From NCBI GenBank assembly GCA_963548315.1, contig CAUUUJ010000001.1, forward strand, positions 4,838 through 68,837: a stretch of 64,000 nucleotides of DNA, in the 5' to 3' direction. This document shows, piece by piece, positions 59,399-64,000 of the stretch (within the stretch, counting starts at the first letter, position 1; every line of letters starts with the position of its first letter). Position numbers and translations under genes: made by a program. The DNA is from an uncultured Candidatus Saccharibacteria bacterium (lineage in GTDB: Bacteria; Patescibacteriota; Saccharimonadia; Saccharimonadales; Saccharimonadaceae). The notes beneath the pieces are model-generated. The model ran no database searches and had not been told where the DNA came from. It saw nothing but the letters and a program-made list of their open reading frames with translations.

Positions 59399-60157
59399 AT
59401 GAGAAAAAAGTTAATCATTGGTAACTGGAAAATGAACTTCAATATGCAGGAGGCTAGCTTATATTTGCATAAGCTGATGAATACGCTACCATCGCATAGA
59501 GATGTTGAAGTGGTGCTGGCGCCTACTATTTTGACGCTGCAGAGTTTGAGTTTGCAAATTAATCGTCGAATCGCTAAGTTGGCGGCTCAGAATTGCTATT
59601 GGCGCGATTCAGGCGCGTACACGGGAGAAATTCCAGCGGCGCATCTTCGTGGAATTGCTGATTATGTGATAATTGGCCATTCGGAACGTCGCTATATTTT
59701 CATTGAAAGCGAAAAAGATATTCGACTGAAAGTTCAGGCGGCAATTCGAAATCGTATTCATCCGATTCTGTGTGTTGGTGAAACGATTCAAGAGAAGACT
59801 CTTGGCGAAACGAAGGATGTTCTGGCTGATCAATTAACTAGTGGTCTGGCTAACGTGACGGCGGACGAGCTTGATGAAGTAGTTATTGCGTATGAGCCAG
59901 TTTGGGCGATCGGTACTGGCGACAGCGCTAAAGCGTCTGATGTAAAAAAAGCTACACAGATGATTCGACGACATATTTCTCATTTGTACGGTAAAAAAGC
60001 GGCGGAATTAGTTCGAGTTGTTTATGGTGGAAGTATTACGTCAATAAACGCCGCGGATTATTTAGCAATTGATGAACTTGATGGTTTATTAGTTGGTGCA
60101 GCCAGTTTGGATGCATATCAATTTAAGGAGATAATCTCGAAAGCACATAAAGGTTAA
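59399..60157 (+). CDS. tpiA: Triosephosphate isomerase
   Basis: GNWKMN, GHSERR, AYEPVWAIGTG, YGGS. Confidence 0.97.
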   Translation: MRKKLIIGNWKMNFNMQEASLYLHKLMNTLPSHRDVEVVLAPTILTLQSLSLQINRRIAKLAAQNCYWRDSGAYTGEIPAAHLRGIADYVIIGHSERRYIFIESEKDIRLKVQAAIRNRIHPILCVGETIQEKTLGETKDVLADQLTSGLANVTADELDEVVIAYEPVWAIGTGDSAKASDVKKATQMIRRHISHLYGKKAAELVRVVYGGSITSINAADYLAIDELDGLLVGAASLDAYQFKEIISKAHKG

Positions 60158-60171
60158 AAAATAGGGGGCAT

Positions 60172-61410
60172 ATGACAGATATTGATTTTGATGAGTTGGA
60201 TAGAGCGGTAAGCTCTCTTATGGATAAGCAGCGAGAAAAGGAAGCTCCAGTGGTGGCTAATGAAAATAATAGTGAGGTTTCTGCGTCTGTGCCTGTAGAG
60301 GAAAAACCTGTGTCAGAGAACTCTATTGGTACTAGTTTTGCACCTCCAGTAACTCCATTTACACCTTCGTCTGTTGCTTCTATTCCTTTATCATCAGCCT
60401 CTCAGCCTGAAGCAAAAAAAGACTCTTCTAACGACAATGCGACTCCTAAAGAGGTTGATAATCCTACGAGCGAGAAAGTTGCTAACGACTCAATAGCCAA
60501 CAGAGCTCCTGGTGTGGCTGCTAGCGAAGTCAAAGCTGCGCCGTTAGTCGCGAGACGCTCGACTGGTCGTTTCATGGATGTTGTTAGACCTTCATCTGTC
60601 GGTACTATCCAAAAACCTGCTGCTCCCGCTCCATCCCGCACTGGCACAACGATTCAACCTTCGCCTGATTTGGTGGACGTGATTAGCACAAATAATAGGC
60701 ATTCTGCGGTAGGGAAAGAAATGTCTGACATAGTTGCTCAATCAGATAATCTTAGTGGTACCCCTGATCTTAAAGATGTGCACAATGAATCTACTTTTGC
60801 GGAAATTGAAGATGCGCCTGCTGAGGAATTGTCGTTGACTGATAAGATAGCACAATCATTAGCCGTAAGTAATAGCGAAGCTTCTACTACACCGATGACT
60901 ACGCCGCTGGAGTCTCCGTTTATTGCTAATGTTGAAGTGGAGAAGCGACCGCTTGGTTCTGTTAACCAAACTATGACTAGTTCTGAGATGACTAGCGATG
61001 AAGATGCGTCTATGTCTGCTGATTCTGAGGGCGTAAAATTGGAACATCAATACAATACCAATTTATCTAATTACAGCATGAGCGAAAATTCTTTGGGTGA
61101 TGTGCCCGACTCGCCAATGGATTTGAGTCCAGAAATTATAGCAATTGAGGAGGCTGGCGTTCCTGAAGATTCAGACGATAAATTGTCCACTGACATTGAC
61201 AGTTCTTTGATTGAGTCTTCCGAATTATCCGAAAAAGAAACTATGGATTCTGAGCCAGCACCGATGTTTGCCGCCGTATCTACAGAGGTCAAACCTTCAG
61301 CCGACAAAGAAAAGAAAAAGTCCGGATTATTAATAGCGTTGCTTATTGTTCTATTTTTGGCAATTGGTATGGCTGGCGGCGCTGTTTCGTACTTTTTGCT
61401 GATAAAATAG
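60172..61410 (+). CDS. Acidic, likely disordered, tail-anchored membrane protein
   Basis: S/P/E/D-rich, single C-terminal TM after KEKKK. Confidence 0.7.
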   Translation: MTDIDFDELDRAVSSLMDKQREKEAPVVANENNSEVSASVPVEEKPVSENSIGTSFAPPVTPFTPSSVASIPLSSASQPEAKKDSSNDNATPKEVDNPTSEKVANDSIANRAPGVAASEVKAAPLVARRSTGRFMDVVRPSSVGTIQKPAAPAPSRTGTTIQPSPDLVDVISTNNRHSAVGKEMSDIVAQSDNLSGTPDLKDVHNESTFAEIEDAPAEELSLTDKIAQSLAVSNSEASTTPMTTPLESPFIANVEVEKRPLGSVNQTMTSSEMTSDEDASMSADSEGVKLEHQYNTNLSNYSMSENSLGDVPDSPMDLSPEIIAIEEAGVPEDSDDKLSTDIDSSLIESSELSEKETMDSEPAPMFAAVSTEVKPSADKEKKKSGLLIALLIVLFLAIGMAGGAVSYFLLIK

Positions 61411-61414
61411 ATAT

Positions 61415-63517
61415 ATGTCTAATTTTACTGACGGATTAAATAGCGAGCAGGCTCGAGCGGTGACGCACGCCGATGGGCCACTGTTGATTTTGGCTGGGGC
61501 CGGATCTGGAAAGACCAAAACTCTGACTCATAGAATCGCTTATTTGATTGGCGAGTTGAAAATATTTCCTAGTCGAATATTGGCGGTTACATTTACTAAT
61601 AAAGCTGCGAAGGAAATGCGTCAGCGATTGGCTCAAATATTGGGTGAAGATTCTGAAAATCGGCAATTTATGCCGTGGATGGGAACTTTTCACAGTATTT
61701 GCGTGCGAATGTTGCGGATGGATGGTGAAAATATTGGTCTGAACAAGCGATTCTTAATTTACGATACCGACGATCAAATAAGCTTGATGAAGCAAATTAT
61801 GAAGGCTCGCGGCTTGACGGATAAAGACATTAAGCCTCGAGCTGTACTTTCGGCTATTTCGAATGCTAAAAATGAAATGCGAAATGCTGAGGATTTTTCC
61901 ACTTCGACTCGCGGCCCAAGAGAACAGAAAATAGCCGAATTGTTTTTTGCTTATGAAAAAGCTCTGAAAGATGCTTCGGCGTTGGATTTTGACGATTTAT
62001 TGATAAAAACCGTTGAATTGTTACGAAACAAGCCGGATATTCGCCGTAAATGGCAGCAGCAATTCGAGCATATTTTGATTGACGAGTATCAGGACACGAA
62101 TGCGGTGCAATATGCGTTAATTAAACTGTTGGTTAATGCGCGTCGCAATTTATGCGTGGTTGGCGATGACGCTCAGTCGATTTATAGTTTTCGCGGGGCT
62201 GATTATACTAACATTCTCAATTTTGAGCGTGATTTTCCAGGTACGACAGTAGTTAAGTTGGAGCAAAATTATCGTTCGACTGGCGCGATTTTGAATATGG
62301 CGAATGCGCTGATTAGTCATAATATTCATAGAACTGATAAAAATTTATGGACGGCGAATGGCGACGGTGTTGAGCCAAAATTATGGCAATTATATAATGA
62401 GTCTGAGGAGGCTTTGGCGATTGCGAATGAGATTCAGGCGCAAATTGCGAACGGTCGTCAATATGGCGATGTGGCGGTGTTGTACCGAACGAATGCGCAA
62501 AGTTACGCAATTGAGCGAGCCCTGCGCCAGAGCTATATTCCGTATAAAATCGTCGGCGGTCTGCGATTTTTGGATCGAGCGGTCGTTAAGGATCTATTGG
62601 CATATCTTCGATTGTTATATCAGCCGAGTGATCGAGTTAGTTTTTTGCGAATTGTGAATACACCAAAACGTGGGGTTGGCGCGGTGAGTATCTCTAAGTT
62701 TTTGGATTGGAATGATGCGTCAGGGAAGGATATAATTAGCGGGTTGCTGGCGGTTGAGGAGGCGGATACTTTGACGGCGCGTGCAAAACGCCCGCTGCTA
62801 GAGTTTGGCCAAAAATTGCACGATTTGCAGCAGGAAATTGACGGATCCCCAGCCGAACTGATTGAAAGAATTATGAAAAGTACTGGCTATGAAGATTTTA
62901 TAAACGACGGAACGCCGCAAGCTGAGGAGCGAATGGAAAATATCGGCGTGCTTTTGTCGGAGGCGAAGGCTTACGTTGACGTGGCGACGTTTTTGGAAGA
63001 GATGGCTTTGATGTCTTCGACGGATACGACTGCCGATCAGCAAGTAACGCTCATGACACTTCATGCGGCTAAAGGTTTGGAGTTTCCGGTGGTTTTTCTG
63101 GCGGGACTGGAAGAGGGGATTTTGCCGCACGCAAGAGTGTTTGATAGCGGTAACGCTGATGATGTTGAAGAAGAGCGCCGATTATGCTACGTTGGAGTAA
63201 CTCGGGCGAGAGAAGAATTATTCGTTAGTTGTGCTAGTTCTCGGACGCAATTTGGTCAGATTGGTTATAATATGCCATCGAGGTTTTTGGATGAGATGGG
63301 CTTGATGGCTGGTGGTGCTGATAGACCAGCTCAGCCGATGGCAGAACCTGATTTTTATTCAGAAGATATTGGTTTGGAAGTTGGTGATCGAGTTCGCAGC
63401 CCGAGTTTTGGTTCGGGGGAAATTATTGATAGCGAAGGGTTAAGTGTTACGGTCCAATTTGACAACGGAAATATTAAGAAATTGAACGTCGAGTTCGCAC
63501 GCTTGGAGAAAATTTGA
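61415..63517 (+). CDS. pcrA: ATP-dependent DNA helicase PcrA/UvrD
   Basis: AGAGSGKT, DEYQDTN, GDDAQSIYSFRGA, TLHAAKGLEF, EERRLCYVGVTRA. Confidence 0.96.
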   Translation: MSNFTDGLNSEQARAVTHADGPLLILAGAGSGKTKTLTHRIAYLIGELKIFPSRILAVTFTNKAAKEMRQRLAQILGEDSENRQFMPWMGTFHSICVRMLRMDGENIGLNKRFLIYDTDDQISLMKQIMKARGLTDKDIKPRAVLSAISNAKNEMRNAEDFSTSTRGPREQKIAELFFAYEKALKDASALDFDDLLIKTVELLRNKPDIRRKWQQQFEHILIDEYQDTNAVQYALIKLLVNARRNLCVVGDDAQSIYSFRGADYTNILNFERDFPGTTVVKLEQNYRSTGAILNMANALISHNIHRTDKNLWTANGDGVEPKLWQLYNESEEALAIANEIQAQIANGRQYGDVAVLYRTNAQSYAIERALRQSYIPYKIVGGLRFLDRAVVKDLLAYLRLLYQPSDRVSFLRIVNTPKRGVGAVSISKFLDWNDASGKDIISGLLAVEEADTLTARAKRPLLEFGQKLHDLQQEIDGSPAELIERIMKSTGYEDFINDGTPQAEERMENIGVLLSEAKAYVDVATFLEEMALMSSTDTTADQQVTLMTLHAAKGLEFPVVFLAGLEEGILPHARVFDSGNADDVEEERRLCYVGVTRAREELFVSCASSRTQFGQIGYNMPSRFLDEMGLMAGGADRPAQPMAEPDFYSEDIGLEVGDRVRSPSFGSGEIIDSEGLSVTVQFDNGNIKKLNVEFARLEKI

Positions 63518-63552
63518 TACAATAAGAATACCTGCGTTGTGGGTGTGAACTT

Positions 63553-64000
63553 ATGGGTATAAGATTACAAGCAAAACACTATTCTAAGAAAATTACGTTC
63601 GTTTCTGGCGCGATATTGATGCTGGTTGGCGGTTTATTTTTTGTCAATCAAGCATTGGCTGACGCTACTAAGCCAGCGGCTAAGGCTGGCGAAAAGTTGG
63701 TGACGATTTACGACAGGGGCGCAGAAAAGACGATCGTCACAAAAGCGAGGACGATTCGCGAGGCTTTGAAATTGGCTAAGTTTTCTATTGATGAACGCCA
63801 AGACGTAGTCGAGCCGAGTCTTGATTCGGAGATGGTGGCAGAGAAGTATAACATTAACATTTTCCGCGCTCGTCCAATAACAATCGTCGATGGAAATAAG
63901 CGTCTAAAGGTAACTACCGCCGAGCAGACACCGGCTTTGATCGCGAAGGCTGCTGGAATCGAAGTTTTTGAAGAGGACAAAACTACTTTATCCAATTCCG
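63553..64000 (+). CDS. Secreted DUF348 (ubiquitin-like)/G5-type cell-wall protein, 3' partial
   Basis: Open frame missing from the ORF track: N-terminal TM, VTIYDRG..TKARTIREAL..DVVEPSLD..INIFRARPITIVDG. Confidence 0.75.
   Translation, partial: MGIRLQAKHYSKKITFVSGAILMLVGGLFFVNQALADATKPAAKAGEKLVTIYDRGAEKTIVTKARTIREALKLAKFSIDERQDVVEPSLDSEMVAEKYNINIFRARPITIVDGNKRLKVTTAEQTPALIAKAAGIEVFEEDKTTLSNS

Noticed and set aside
60..63995. Numerous short antisense or overlapping ORFs in the track (e.g. 1362-1949, 20704-21243, 40179-40637, 63708-63995)
   Set aside because: Shadows of well-supported genes with no motifs
1..64000. Alternative genetic code (TGA recoding as in SR1/Gracilibacteria)
   Set aside because: Conserved genes are full length under code 11 and some end at TGA (tsaE, pgk, pcrA)

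Overview
Chromosomal window from a streamlined bacterium, most consistent with Candidatus Saccharibacteria (TM7, CPR). This is inferred from gene content: compact genes, many type IV pilins, MurT/GatD, HTH-MurA, short TsaB and genetic code 11. The backbone carries competence and recombination genes (comEC, yebC, ruvCAB, recA, recX), a pilBCMNO-like operon, a pilin cluster with an RCC1-repeat adhesin, tsaE/tsaB, rny, peptidoglycan genes, glycolysis genes (gpmA, pyk, pgk, tpiA), glyA, folD, glgP, pcrA and 8 tRNAs. The best candidate for an undescribed system is a ~4.0 kb element integrated at tRNA-Pro (24714-28707). It has a large serine recombinase whose C-terminus is currently read from the antisense tRNA and would be swapped for a different 40-aa tail on excision. 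It also has a 35-36 bp period repeat/spacer mini-array and a cloverleaf ncRNA (GAAA and UUCG loops) with an upstream complementary switch sequence. A decayed element of the same type sits at tRNA-Glu. Other leads are a PhcB-like methyltransferase + 7TM histidine kinase + receiver module, a NUDT9-like Nudix-kinase fusion behind a broken pncB, and pervasive leaderless promoter architecture. All calls come from reading motifs by eye; no searches were run.
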